DNA of 36,377 bases from Pseudomonadota bacterium (GCA_043825735.1 JBDRRP010000108.1:62001-98377), one strand, 5' to 3'; numbered from the stretch's first letter, positions 27,104 through 36,377 are shown. Notes: generated by a model not told the origin, from the letters alone. Made by a program: numbers and translations.

Positions 27104-28528
27104 TTATCCGTGCAGCGATTGGTCCACCGCCTTGTAACCGGTTTCCAGCATGATTTCGGCCAACGTCGGATGGGCGTGGATGGTGTTCACCAGATCACTC
27201 GTCGTACAGCCGGTACGCACCGCCAGGGTCGCTTCGGCGATCAGGTCGGTGACGTGGGGACCGATCATGTGAACCCCAAGGATCTTACCGGTTCCGCGGT
27301 GCGAAATCATTTTTACTTCTCCGGCGATCTCATCGATGACCTGGGCTTTTCCGATGGTACGAAACTGCACCGTGTCGGCCCGGCAGTCGATCCCTTCAGC
27401 CATGGCTTGCGCCTCGGTGAGCCCCACCGTGGCCACTTCCGGAGAAGTAAAGATGGCTCCCGGGACCGCAGTATAATCCAGAACCCGGTCACCGCCGGTG
27501 GCGTTTTCGGCCGCCACCATGCCTTCGGCGGAGGCCACATGGGCCAGCATGACCCGCTGGGGTCCCAGAACATCGCCGATGGCGAACACGCCGTCGGCCG
27601 TGGTGCGCATGGCCGCATCGGCCACGATCCAGCCCCGTGCGTCCACGGCCACGCCGATGGATTCCAGTCCCAGTCCGCCGGTGCCGGCCCTGCGCCCGAT
27701 GCACACCAGAACGGCCTCTGCCGAAAGATCGATGGCCGCCGCGCTCGGCTCTCCGGAAGCCGGCGACGGACCCAGCCGGATATCGAGACCAGCGGCGCTC
27801 TGATGAACGTCCGTCACCACCCGGTTCACATAAAACGGGATTTTTTTCTTTTTCATCTCCCGGGCCAGCACCTTCGAGATGCCGGCATCCACCGACGGCA
27901 GCGGCAGCAGTCTATCGAGTGCCTCCACCACGGTCACCGCCACACCGAATGCGTGATAGATCGCTGCGAACTCACAGCCGATGACGCCGCCGCCGATGAT
28001 CACCAAAGATGCCGGCAGGCGTTCGCGATAAAGGGCGTGGTCGCTGGACCAGACGCGCTCGCCGTCGAACGGAGTGCCGGGCAGGGGTGTCGGCACCGAC
28101 CCGGTGGCCAGGATCAGGCGGTCCCAGGCCAGCGTCATCGGCTCCCCTTCGGCCGGGCTCACCACCACGCGTCCGGGCCCATCGATGCGCGCCGTGCCTG
28201 CGATGCAGGTGATCTTGTGACGGGCCAGCAAGTGGGCCACCCCTTTTCGCTGGGCGTCGATAACCCGCGCCTTTCGGTCATTTAGGGCCGGCAGATTGAG
28301 CCGCGGCGCCCCGTCCAGATCGACGCCGAAATCCGACCAGCGCCCGGCGTCCATCAGCCGATCGGCGGTTTCCTTGAGAATCTTCGAGGGGATGCATCCC
28401 CAGTTGAGACAGGTGCCGCCAACATTGTCCCTTTCAACAATGCTGACGCGGGCCCCTTGCTGGGCCGCCCGCACCGCCGCCACATATCCCCCGGGACCGC
28501 CGCCGATCACCACGATGTGTTGCTGCAT
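27104..28528 (-). CDS. lpdA: Dihydrolipoyl dehydrogenase (glycine cleavage L protein)
   Basis: GGGPGG, GGTCLNWGCIPSK, GGGVIGCE, HAHPTLAE; ATG 28528 has a GGAG RBS (28540 alternative). Confidence 0.96.
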   Translation of the reverse strand: MQQHIVVIGGGPGGYVAAVRAAQQGARVSIVERDNVGGTCLNWGCIPSKILKETADRLMDAGRWSDFGVDLDGAPRLNLPALNDRKARVIDAQRKGVAHLLARHKITCIAGTARIDGPGRVVVSPAEGEPMTLAWDRLILATGSVPTPLPGTPFDGERVWSSDHALYRERLPASLVIIGGGVIGCEFAAIYHAFGVAVTVVEALDRLLPLPSVDAGISKVLAREMKKKKIPFYVNRVVTDVHQSAAGLDIRLGPSPASGEPSAAAIDLSAEAVLVCIGRRAGTGGLGLESIGVAVDARGWIVADAAMRTTADGVFAIGDVLGPQRVMLAHVASAEGMVAAENATGGDRVLDYTAVPGAIFTSPEVATVGLTEAQAMAEGIDCRADTVQFRTIGKAQVIDEIAGEVKMISHRGTGKILGVHMIGPHVTDLIAEATLAVRTGCTTSDLVNTIHAHPTLAEIMLETGYKAVDQSLHG

Positions 28529-28583
28529 TCGTCGCTCCATGAAATTTTGACCATTTCAATCAATATTGGCTTCAACAACTGCG

Positions 28584-28638
28584 GAATATGTAAATATTCA
28601 AATAGAATATTGACACATTCAACAAAGCCCGATAGATT
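28584..28638 (+). promoter_or_regulatory. Sigma70 promoter of the lrp-gcv operon with tandem palindromic operators
   Basis: TTGACA (28610-28615) -17- TAGATT (28633-28638); GAATATgtaaATATTC (28584-28599) and GAATattgacacATTC (28605-28620). Confidence 0.65.
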
Positions 28639-28776
28639 CTCTTCACGTGACACGGCGACGCCAAATGCGCTTTCTGTCAATACGTGATCCTACCGGCAAC
28701 CCATCGCCGCCTGCCACCGCCGCGACGCCACTTACCGTAACGCCAACGACAGCCAATATCAAGAAAGCTCTCCGCA

Positions 28777-29220
28777 ATGAATATCGACGACGTCAGTATC
28801 GCCATCATGAAACATCTTCGCGACGGCAGAAAGTCGTTCAAAAAAATGGCCGAAGAACTGGCGCTGTCCGAAAATACCGTCAGAAGCCGTGTGAACAAAC
28901 TGCGGGAGGAAGGTATTCTCGATATCACCGGCATGGTGGACGCCGAGGCATTGCCCGGCCACCGTGTCGTCATGGTCGGCGTGAAACTGGGCTCCATGAA
29001 CCTGGTAAAAAAGGGCGAAGAATTCAGCCGGCTCAAAGGCGTGGTCTCCGTCAGCGTCGTCACCGGGCGTTTCGACCTGATCCTGATCGTGCTGCTCAAG
29101 GAAGGATTCGGCCTTCTGGAGTTTTACACCGAAGAAGTGGAGAAAATCGCCGACGTCCGGTCCGTGGAAACTTTTGTGGTCTACAAGGGATATAACCTCA
29201 AGGTGCCATATCTGCTGTAG
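28777..29220 (+). CDS. Lrp/AsnC family transcriptional regulator
   Basis: LRDGRKSFKKMAEELALSENTVRSRVNKLREEGIL HTH; VTGRFDL. Confidence 0.95.
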   Translation: MNIDDVSIAIMKHLRDGRKSFKKMAEELALSENTVRSRVNKLREEGILDITGMVDAEALPGHRVVMVGVKLGSMNLVKKGEEFSRLKGVVSVSVVTGRFDLILIVLLKEGFGLLEFYTEEVEKIADVRSVETFVVYKGYNLKVPYLL

Positions 29221-29335
29221 CAGACCGATATCAAACGGCGCTTTGTGCCCTCTTGCGGGCATCATCGCCCCCGGGACCTGATGACAGATCGGTAACAATC
29301 CGCCGGACTGCTGCGGCGCAGAAAGGAGCAGCGCC

Positions 29336-30616
29336 ATGAACGACTCCCTTCCGCGGCAAACGCCGCTCACCGGGCGCCACGAAGCACTGGCGGCCAATAT
29401 GGCCAATTTTGCGGGTTACCGCATGCCCCTGTGGTACCCCACCGGCGCCCGCAAAGAACACCTGTCCGTGATCTGCGCCGCCGGCCTGTTCGACACCAGC
29501 CACATGGCCGTCGTCGGTGTTTCCGGCAGCGGGGCGCGCGCCCTGCTTCAGCGGTGTTTTACCAAGGACCTGGCCGCCTGCATCGGCCCGCAGCACCATC
29601 CCCTGCTGCCCGGCCGCAGCGTCTATGGTGCCTTTCTCTCCGCGGAGGGCCACGTCATCGACGACGCTATCGTATTTTGCGCGGGCTGGGAAGACTTTCT
29701 GGTGGTGGTCAATGCCGGCATGGGGCCGCACATTGCGCGCCACCTGAAGGGCTGCCATGACGCCGGCGCGCCCGTTGTCATCACCGACTTCACCGACCGC
29801 CTCGGAAAAATTGATATCCAGGGCCCCATGGCGGCAAGGATTCTGAGCCACGTCATCGACACCCCGACCGATGTTTTCAAGGGGATGGTCTACTTCTCCT
29901 TCAAGGGCCATTTCGACGCCGATCACCCGGCGGCCGACGGGGTCCGGTTTGACGGCGGTCATCCGGCGCTGCTCTCGCGTACGGGCTACACCGGCGAATT
30001 CGGTTTCGAACTCTTCATGGACGCCGGCCGCGCCGGCCGCTTCTGGGACGCCCTGCTCAGCGCCGGCAAGCCCTACGGCCTGACACCCTGCGGCCTGGCC
30101 GCCAGGGATTCTCTCAGGGCCGGCGCCATGCTGCCGCTCTCCCACCAGGATATCGGCCACTGGCCCTTCGTCAACCACCCCTGGCCCTTTGCCCTGCCGT
30201 GGAACGAAGACCGGACGACCTTTACCAAGCCATTTATCGGCGATGGCGCCCTGATCTCGGCCGGCGATGGGCCGCACACCTACGCATTTGCCGGAAAAGA
30301 CCTTCGGAAAGTCACTACCGCCGACGGCGCCCGGGCCCTGGACTCCCGGGATCGCCGCATCGGCACGGTGCTCACCTGCGTCACAGACATGGCCATCGAC
30401 CGGGTGGGCGCTCGCATCGTCTCGGTCGCCAGCCCGGATCGCGCCGCCGACTTCACCCCCCGCGGGCTGTGCTGCGGATTTATCAAAGTCGACCGCCCGC
30501 TGGCCCCCGAATCATCCGTTACTCTCGAAGACAACCACCGCCGCGTCGCGGTGACCATCGTTGACGACGTCCGGCCGGATCGGTCGGCCCGGCGTCCCAT
30601 TACCCAGATGCAATAA
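29336..30616 (+). CDS. gcvT: Glycine cleavage system T protein (aminomethyltransferase)
   Basis: FAGYRMPLWY, GLFDTSHM, VIDD, QGP, SRTGYTGEFGFE, CGLAARDSLR. Confidence 0.9.
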   Translation: MNDSLPRQTPLTGRHEALAANMANFAGYRMPLWYPTGARKEHLSVICAAGLFDTSHMAVVGVSGSGARALLQRCFTKDLAACIGPQHHPLLPGRSVYGAFLSAEGHVIDDAIVFCAGWEDFLVVVNAGMGPHIARHLKGCHDAGAPVVITDFTDRLGKIDIQGPMAARILSHVIDTPTDVFKGMVYFSFKGHFDADHPAADGVRFDGGHPALLSRTGYTGEFGFELFMDAGRAGRFWDALLSAGKPYGLTPCGLAARDSLRAGAMLPLSHQDIGHWPFVNHPWPFALPWNEDRTTFTKPFIGDGALISAGDGPHTYAFAGKDLRKVTTADGARALDSRDRRIGTVLTCVTDMAIDRVGARIVSVASPDRAADFTPRGLCCGFIKVDRPLAPESSVTLEDNHRRVAVTIVDDVRPDRSARRPITQMQ

Positions 30617-30633
30617 CTGCCAAGGAGGAAGAA

Positions 30634-31032
30634 ATGAAAGAGATCAGCGAACTCGTGATACCCGATGACCGGCGCTATGCCGAAGACCACGAATGGGTGA
30701 AGCTTGAAGAGGACACCGCCATCATCGGTATCAGCGATTACGCCCAGGACCAATTGGGCGATGTGGTCTTCGTCGAGCTGCCGTCGGTCGGCGCCGTCTT
30801 CGACAAGGGCGCGGCGTTCGGCACGGTGGAATCGGTCAAGGCCGTTTCCGAACTCTACATGCCCATCGGCGGCGAAGTCACCGCTGTCAACGCCGGACTG
30901 GAAGATGCGCCCGAGCGGGTCAACACCGATCCCTACGAGGGGGGCTGGATGATCCGGGTCAAACCCGCGGATCCCGCCCAGATCAATGCCCTCATGGACA
31001 AAGCGGCCTACCTGGAGGCCCTGAAAGGATAA
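30634..31032 (+). CDS. gcvH: Glycine cleavage system H protein
   Basis: HEWV, GISDYAQDQLGDVVFVELP, lipoyl-Lys VESVKAVSE. Confidence 0.97.
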   Translation: MKEISELVIPDDRRYAEDHEWVKLEEDTAIIGISDYAQDQLGDVVFVELPSVGAVFDKGAAFGTVESVKAVSELYMPIGGEVTAVNAGLEDAPERVNTDPYEGGWMIRVKPADPAQINALMDKAAYLEALKG

Positions 31033-31036
31033 CGCC

Positions 31037-32368
31037 ATGCCGTACCTGCCCCATACACAGGAAGAAATCGATGCCATGCTGGCGGTGGTGGGGGCCGATT
31101 CTCTGGAGGCCCTGTTCACCACCATTCCCGAGGCATGCTGCTGCCGGCTGGAGATGCAGCTGCCGGGCCCCATGGACGAGTGGCAATTGAACCGTCACAT
31201 GGACGCGCTTGCCGCCACCATGGCCACCGCGCCGGACTACCGGATCTTCATGGGGGCCGGCAGCTACGACCATTTCATCCCGGCGGCGGCGACCTACGTT
31301 CGCAGCCGCTCGGAGTTTCTCACCTCCTACACGCCCTACCAGCCCGAGATCAGCCAGGGCACCCTGCAGGCCATCTACGAGTACCAGACACTGGCCGCAA
31401 GGCTCATGGGCATGGATGTGGCCACCGCCTCCCACTACGACGGGGCCACGGCCATCACCGAAGCGCTGCTGATGGCGGTAAGAAAGACCGGCCGCCGGCG
31501 CGTGGCCATATCCCGGGCCATTCACCCCAACTACCGCCGGGTGATCGCAACCTACTTTCACCCCACCGGCTACGAAGTGGTGGCGCTGCCGGTCACCGAG
31601 GCCGGCACCACCGATTTGTCAGCCATCGCCGGTGCCGGAGACGTGGCCGCGGTGGCCATCCAGAGCCCCAACTTTTTTGGATGCATCGAAGATCTGAAAA
31701 CCGCCGCCGATGCGGCCCACGCCGGGGGCGCCCTCATGGTGGCCGGCTTTACCGAGGCGGTGGCCTACGGGCTGCTCAAAAACCCCGGCGCACTGGGCGC
31801 GGACATCGTCGCCGGCGAAGGCCAGAGTCTCGGGCTGTCTCGGTCCTTCGGCGGACCGGGTCTGGGCATGTTGGGAAGCCGTCAGGCCTATATCCGCAGC
31901 CTGCCCGGACGCCTGGTGGGAAAGACAACGGATCTGGACGGCAAACCGGGTTTCGTTTTGACGCTGGCCACCCGCGAGCAGCATATCCGCCGCGAAAAAG
32001 CCACCAGCAACATCTGCACCAACAACGGACACTGCGCCCTGTCGGCGGTCATTTACATGGCGCTGCTGGGCGCCGCCGGGTTTCGCGATCTGGCGGCCCT
32101 CAACCACAACAAGGCCGAGTACCTGAAAACCGAACTGGCCGCAAAAGGGGTCGCCATCCCTTTTACCGCCCCCACCTTCAACGAGTTCGCGGTGCGGATG
32201 CCCAAGGGGTTTTCCGCGCGCCACCGCGCGCTCATGGACAAGAAAATCATTGCCGGGCTCCCGCTGGCCGGCGAGTACCCGGAATTTAAAGACCACTACC
32301 TGCTCTGCGCCACTGAAACGGTCAGCCGCGAAGACATGGACGAGTTGGTCAGGGAGGTGACGTCATGA
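31037..32368 (+). CDS. gcvPA: Glycine dehydrogenase subunit 1
   Basis: YTPYQPEISQGTLQ, TREQHIRREKATSNICTN. Confidence 0.96.
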   Translation: MPYLPHTQEEIDAMLAVVGADSLEALFTTIPEACCCRLEMQLPGPMDEWQLNRHMDALAATMATAPDYRIFMGAGSYDHFIPAAATYVRSRSEFLTSYTPYQPEISQGTLQAIYEYQTLAARLMGMDVATASHYDGATAITEALLMAVRKTGRRRVAISRAIHPNYRRVIATYFHPTGYEVVALPVTEAGTTDLSAIAGAGDVAAVAIQSPNFFGCIEDLKTAADAAHAGGALMVAGFTEAVAYGLLKNPGALGADIVAGEGQSLGLSRSFGGPGLGMLGSRQAYIRSLPGRLVGKTTDLDGKPGFVLTLATREQHIRREKATSNICTNNGHCALSAVIYMALLGAAGFRDLAALNHNKAEYLKTELAAKGVAIPFTAPTFNEFAVRMPKGFSARHRALMDKKIIAGLPLAGEYPEFKDHYLLCATETVSREDMDELVREVTS

Positions 32369-33822
32369 CGGAATCAATGGGAACTTCCGGCCTCGTTTTA
32401 AACGAACCGCTGCTGTGGGAGCGCGGACAAAAGGGCCGCCGGGGCGTTGCCCTGCCGGCCTGCGATGTGCCCACCGCCGCCTTGGACCCGGCGCTCACCG
32501 GCGCAGGACCCGATTTTCCGGACCTGGGTGAGCTGGACGTGGTGCGCCATTTCACCCGGCTGTCCACCTGGAACTTCGGCGTGGACACGGGCATGTATCC
32601 GCTGGGCTCGTGCACCATGAAATACAATCCCAAGACCAACGAGCGCCAGGCGTCGCTGCCGGGGCTCGCCGCCGCTCACCCGCTGCTGCCGGTTCACCTG
32701 AGTCAGGGGGCCCTGGCGCTGATGTTTGAGCTGGAGAACGCGCTGGCCGAGATCACCGGCATGGATGCGGTGAGCCTCCAGCCGGCCGCCGGCGCTCACG
32801 GCGAGCTGGCAGGCATGCTGCTCATCCACGCCTACCATGAAAAGCTGGGGCAGAAACGCTCAAAGATCATCATTCCCGATACCGCCCACGGCACCAACCC
32901 GGCCAGCGCGGCACTGTGCGGCTACCGGCCGGTGCCGGTGGTCTCCAACGCGGCGGGCATTCTCTCCACCGGGGCCATTGCCGCGGTCATGGACGAAGAC
33001 ACCGCCGGCATCATGGTCACCAACCCCAACACCCTGGGGCTTTTCGAGGAGAACATCCGCCAGATCGCCGACGTCGTCCATGCCAAGGGCGGCCAGGTTT
33101 ATTGCGACGGGGCCAACATGAACGCGGTCATGGGCATCGTGGACATGGGGTCCATCGGCATCGACGTTTTGCACCTCAACCTGCACAAGACGTTTTCGAC
33201 GCCCCATGGCGGCGGCGGACCGGGCGCCGGTCCGGTGTGCGTGAAAGACCACCTGGCCCCGTTTCTTCCGGCGCCCCGGGTGGTGCGCACCGATGACGGA
33301 TTTTCTTTCAAAACCGATTTGCCCGACACCATCGGCAAGCTCTCCGCCTTTCACGGCCATTTCGGGGTGTTGGTGCGCGCCTACAGCTACATCCTCAGCA
33401 TGGGACCCGCAGGGCTTAAAAAGGCCAGCCAGTTGGCGGTGCTCAATGCCACCTACATCAAGGCCCGACTCAGAGATGTCTTTCACCTGGCCTACGACCG
33501 GCCCAACATGCACGAGTGCGTCTTCTCCGACAAACTTCAGGCAGCGCATCACGTGTCCACCATCGATATGGCCAAGCGGCTCATGGACTACGGGTTTCAT
33601 CCGCCCACAGTCTATTTCCCGCTGGTGGTGCCCGGCGCCATCATGATCGAGCCCACCGAGACCGAATCCAAGGACGAGATCGACCGGTTCATCGACGCCA
33701 TGCGGTCAATCGCCGAAGAGGCCAAGAACAACCCCGAGACGGTCCGGGCCGCACCGATGCGTACCAAGGTCAAGCGTCTGGATGAAACCACTGCCGCCCG
33801 CAAGCCGTGCCTGACGGGATGA
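32365..33822 (+). CDS. gcvPB: Glycine dehydrogenase subunit 2
   Basis: YPLGSCTMKYNP, HGTNPASA, PLP-Lys HLNLHKTFSTPHGGGGPG. Confidence 0.97.
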   Translation: MTESMGTSGLVLNEPLLWERGQKGRRGVALPACDVPTAALDPALTGAGPDFPDLGELDVVRHFTRLSTWNFGVDTGMYPLGSCTMKYNPKTNERQASLPGLAAAHPLLPVHLSQGALALMFELENALAEITGMDAVSLQPAAGAHGELAGMLLIHAYHEKLGQKRSKIIIPDTAHGTNPASAALCGYRPVPVVSNAAGILSTGAIAAVMDEDTAGIMVTNPNTLGLFEENIRQIADVVHAKGGQVYCDGANMNAVMGIVDMGSIGIDVLHLNLHKTFSTPHGGGGPGAGPVCVKDHLAPFLPAPRVVRTDDGFSFKTDLPDTIGKLSAFHGHFGVLVRAYSYILSMGPAGLKKASQLAVLNATYIKARLRDVFHLAYDRPNMHECVFSDKLQAAHHVSTIDMAKRLMDYGFHPPTVYFPLVVPGAIMIEPTETESKDEIDRFIDAMRSIAEEAKNNPETVRAAPMRTKVKRLDETTAARKPCLTG

Positions 33823-33837
33823 AACTGCCGGAGGAAA

Positions 33838-33914
33838 GATGTCGGATGTCAGATGTCAGATGTCGGATGTCGGATGTCAGAGGACAGAGGTCAGAGGTCA
33901 GAGGACAGAGGACA
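33838..33914 (+). repeat. Heptamer tandem array, 11 units
   Basis: Six GATGTC(G/A) units followed by five GAGG(A/T)CA units. Confidence 0.9.
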
Positions 33915-33984
33915 GAAAAACCTGAAAGCGGAGATCTTTGAAAACAGCGGAGTGAAGCATTGAAATCAACGGTTGAACGGCAAT

Positions 33985-34120
33985 CTCGCGCTGAGACGCA
34001 GAGGCGCTGAGATTCTACACGGCGGCTGCGCGCCGGCAGTAACCGATCACCGGCAACGATCAGGGTTCACGACAAGTTATTGTTTGTGCTTTTCTCTGCG
34101 TCTCAGCGGCTCTGCACGAG
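33985..34120. repeat. Inverted-repeat element built from 9-mer CGCAGAG-type units
   Basis: CTCGCGCTGAGACGCAGAGGCGCTGAGA ... TCTCTGCGTCTCAGCGGCTCTGCACGAG. Confidence 0.7.
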
Positions 34121-34182
34121 TTGCTTTTGATGTTTGATCCATTACACCTCAGGTCTTAACAGGCGCCGACATCGCTCATCAC

Positions 34183-34890
34183 ATGAACCCATCATCGAAT
34201 CGAGAATGGCTGGCGGTGAACCTGCCCGTGGTGCCTTACCCGGACGCGCTGGCACTCCAGCACCGCCTGGTGGCCGCCCGCATCACCGATGCGACGCACC
34301 CGGACCTGCTGCTGCTCCTGGAGCACGCCCCGGTCTATACGTTAGGCCGCCGGGGCGGCGCAGAGAGCATTATCGTCCCCCGCTCGCAGCTCGAAGACCA
34401 GGGGATCGCCGTACTGAACACCGAGCGCGGCGGGTTCATCACTTATCACGGCCCCGGCCAACTCGTGGTCTATCCGATCGTCGACATCACCGCGCGCCGC
34501 ATCGGAGTGGCCCAATTGGTGGCCGCCCTGGAAACGGCGATGATCGCCACGGCCGCCCGGTGGGGCGTCACTGCAGGCTGCCGACCCGAGAACCGCGGCG
34601 TATGGGTGGCAAACCGGAAACTGGGCAGCATCGGCATCGCCGTGCGCCGGGGCGTGGCCTTTCACGGCCTCGCCCTCAACGTAACGACCGATCTCACGCC
34701 GTTCACCTGGATCAACCCCTGCGGGCTGGAAAACGTGTCCGCAACATCGCTGGCGGCCGAAGGCGCCGCAGACGTCACAATGTCGGCGGCGCGCACCGCC
34801 ATGATTGACGAACTTTCTTCCGCCTTCGACACCCCTATCCGTGAAATCGACGCCGCGGCTTTTGAAAAGCTATTGGACGCGCTACCGTGA
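34183..34890 (+). CDS. lipB: Octanoyltransferase
   Basis: LLEHAPVYTLGR, RGGFITYHGPGQ, KLGSIG, HGLALN, INPCG. Confidence 0.96.
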   Translation: MNPSSNREWLAVNLPVVPYPDALALQHRLVAARITDATHPDLLLLLEHAPVYTLGRRGGAESIIVPRSQLEDQGIAVLNTERGGFITYHGPGQLVVYPIVDITARRIGVAQLVAALETAMIATAARWGVTAGCRPENRGVWVANRKLGSIGIAVRRGVAFHGLALNVTTDLTPFTWINPCGLENVSATSLAAEGAADVTMSAARTAMIDELSSAFDTPIREIDAAAFEKLLDALP

Positions 34891-35001
34891 CAGATGGGGT
34901 GGGGTGGTTATAGTACTTGGCAGAATAATGTTCCGTTTCATTCCCAAGATCCTATCGGGGTCGGGATCGAAATCGATGTATTTCAAGGCCGATAGCGATT
35001 T

Positions 35002-35126
35002 CAATGGTCATGTAAAAAGTCCTAAATCACCACAGAGGGCGCAGAGAGCGCAGAGATAACTTATTAATTATTCGATATATTCTCTGCGCTCTCTGCGGTT
35101 CAAAATCACTTTTTACGGATTCATCA
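35002..35126. mobile_element. MITE family A, copy 3 (inverted, about one 9-mer unit shorter)
   Basis: Reverse complement aligns with 26772-26906; flanked by ATTT direct repeat. Confidence 0.85.
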
Positions 35127-35244
35127 ATTTTCAATACTCAAGTAAGAATGATGCCCTTCCCGATAAACGGAGCGTAGCGATACCGCATTGAGCGTTGAAA
35201 ATTGGATATTGAGTATTTTGCTTTTCAGAAAGGTTTCTTTCAGG

Positions 35245-36126
35245 ATGCCGGCCATTCCCCCAAAACACACCCCCAAACCCGCGTGGCTCAAGCGCCGGTT
35301 GCCCACTGGAAAAGACTACGAAGCCGTCCGCGACATGATCCGGAAAGGCGACCTGCACACGGTCTGTCAGGAGGCCAAATGCCCCAACCAGTGGGAATGC
35401 TTTTCCCAGCACACCGCCACCTTTCTGATCCTTGGCTCCCGGTGCACACGGGACTGCCGGTTCTGCGCCGTGGCCCACGGTCCCGCCGGGCCGCCGGATG
35501 CCGGAGAGCCCGCGCGCGTGGCCGATGCGGCCGCCCGGATGAACCTGAAATACGTGGTGGTCACCTCGGTCACCCGCGATGACCTGCCCGACGGCGGGGC
35601 AGCGCATTATGCCCGCACCATTCGTGCCCTCCGGGAACGGATCGCCGGCGTTCACGTGGAGGTGCTGATTCCCGACTTCCAGGGAGATGGTGACGCATTG
35701 AACACCGTCATGGCCGCCGGCCCCGATGTGCTCAACCACAACCTGGAAACCGTGTCCCGCCTCTACCCACGGGTACGCCCCCAGGCTGTCTACGAGCGCT
35801 CCCTCAAGCTGCTGTCCCGGGCCCGTGATCGAAACCCCGGCATCGCCACCAAAAGCGGCATCATGCTGGGACTGGGCGAAACCGACGATGAAATCATGGC
35901 CACCCTCAAAGACCTGCGGGTCGCCCATTGCCGGATGCTGACCCTGGGCCAGTACCTCCAACCCTCAACGGCCCATCTTCCGGTGGAACGCTACGTGCCG
36001 CCGGAGGAATTCGAGACGCTCAAAACCAGCGCCCTGGCCATGGGGTTTGCGCAGGTGGCCGCCGGCCCTTTTGTCAGAAGCTCCTATCATGCCGGTGAGC
36101 TGTTTGAGGCTGGTGGATCCGACTGA
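35245..36126 (+). CDS. lipA: Lipoyl synthase
   Basis: KPAWLK, CQEAKCPNQWEC, CTRDCRFC, VRSSYHA; start moved to ATG 35245. Confidence 0.97.
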   Translation: MPAIPPKHTPKPAWLKRRLPTGKDYEAVRDMIRKGDLHTVCQEAKCPNQWECFSQHTATFLILGSRCTRDCRFCAVAHGPAGPPDAGEPARVADAAARMNLKYVVVTSVTRDDLPDGGAAHYARTIRALRERIAGVHVEVLIPDFQGDGDALNTVMAAGPDVLNHNLETVSRLYPRVRPQAVYERSLKLLSRARDRNPGIATKSGIMLGLGETDDEIMATLKDLRVAHCRMLTLGQYLQPSTAHLPVERYVPPEEFETLKTSALAMGFAQVAAGPFVRSSYHAGELFEAGGSD

Positions 36127-36337
36127 TCCGGTCGCCGCCGACATCATAAAAAGAAAATCGTTTGTAACGATACTTTTTTATAACAAATTTTATTGACATA
36201 AATATTACTTTATAGGATTTATATTGATAAAATTTTTCGCAATTATCTACGAATTAAAGGCGCGGCACCGTTGCCATGGCGCCGCCCGGTGCACGCTTTT
36301 TAGGGTAGATCAGCCCGTTATCGTTTATCCATTTTTC

Positions 36338-36364
36338 TTTCGTGTGTTTCGTGTGTTTCGTGGT
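36338..36364 (+). repeat. Nonamer tandem repeat (TTTCGTGTG-like x3)
   Basis: TTTCGTGTG TTTCGTGTG TTTCGTGGT. Confidence 0.7.
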
Positions 36365-36377
36365 TTATGGTTCTTTT

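Noticed and set aside
29221..29335. Glycine riboswitch upstream of gcvT
   Set aside because: No recognisable aptamer consensus (GGAGA...CCGAAG...CTCTCAGG) here or upstream of lrp.
33838..33914. Possible CRISPR array
   Set aside because: Units are contiguous 7-mers with no unique spacers; no cas genes in the window.
35188..35244. ORF-track N-terminal extension of lipA
   Set aside because: The TTG start lies within a heptamer repeat; ATG 35245 gives a typical LipA N-terminus before KPAWLK.
36193..36225. Sigma70 promoter at TTGACA after lipA
   Set aside because: No -10 box at 16-18 nt spacing and the downstream gene is outside the window.

Overview
A GC-rich bacterial chromosomal window. Gene content (heme-c/DUF3365 kinase with a sigma54 activator, YeiH-type exporter, split gcvPA/PB, abundant intergenic MITEs) suggests a Desulfobacterales-type deltaproteobacterium; this is an inference. 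In order: the 5' end of an EAL/HDOD-type gene and glgP; two QueG/RdhA-like Fe-S proteins flanking an ABM-family protein, downstream of a sensor kinase/NtrC-type regulator pair; a divergent sigma54-driven YeiH exporter; an NAD(P)H oxidoreductase; a Liv-type ABC importer; an OYE alkene reductase; a ~5 kb lower-GC accessory island (about 19850-24900); an enoyl-CoA hydratase, a DUF2284-like gene, and a complete lpdA/lrp-gcvT-H-PA-PB-lipB-lipA cluster. The most notable feature is the island's left edge: a 5'-truncated host-like DUF4442 gene sits back-to-back with a complete, AT-shifted copy of the same gene. Inside the island, an IS4-type element lacking a target duplication abuts two 5'-truncated genes. 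Several MITE families and short tandem arrays fill the intergenic regions. No rRNA, tRNA or CRISPR array was recognised.
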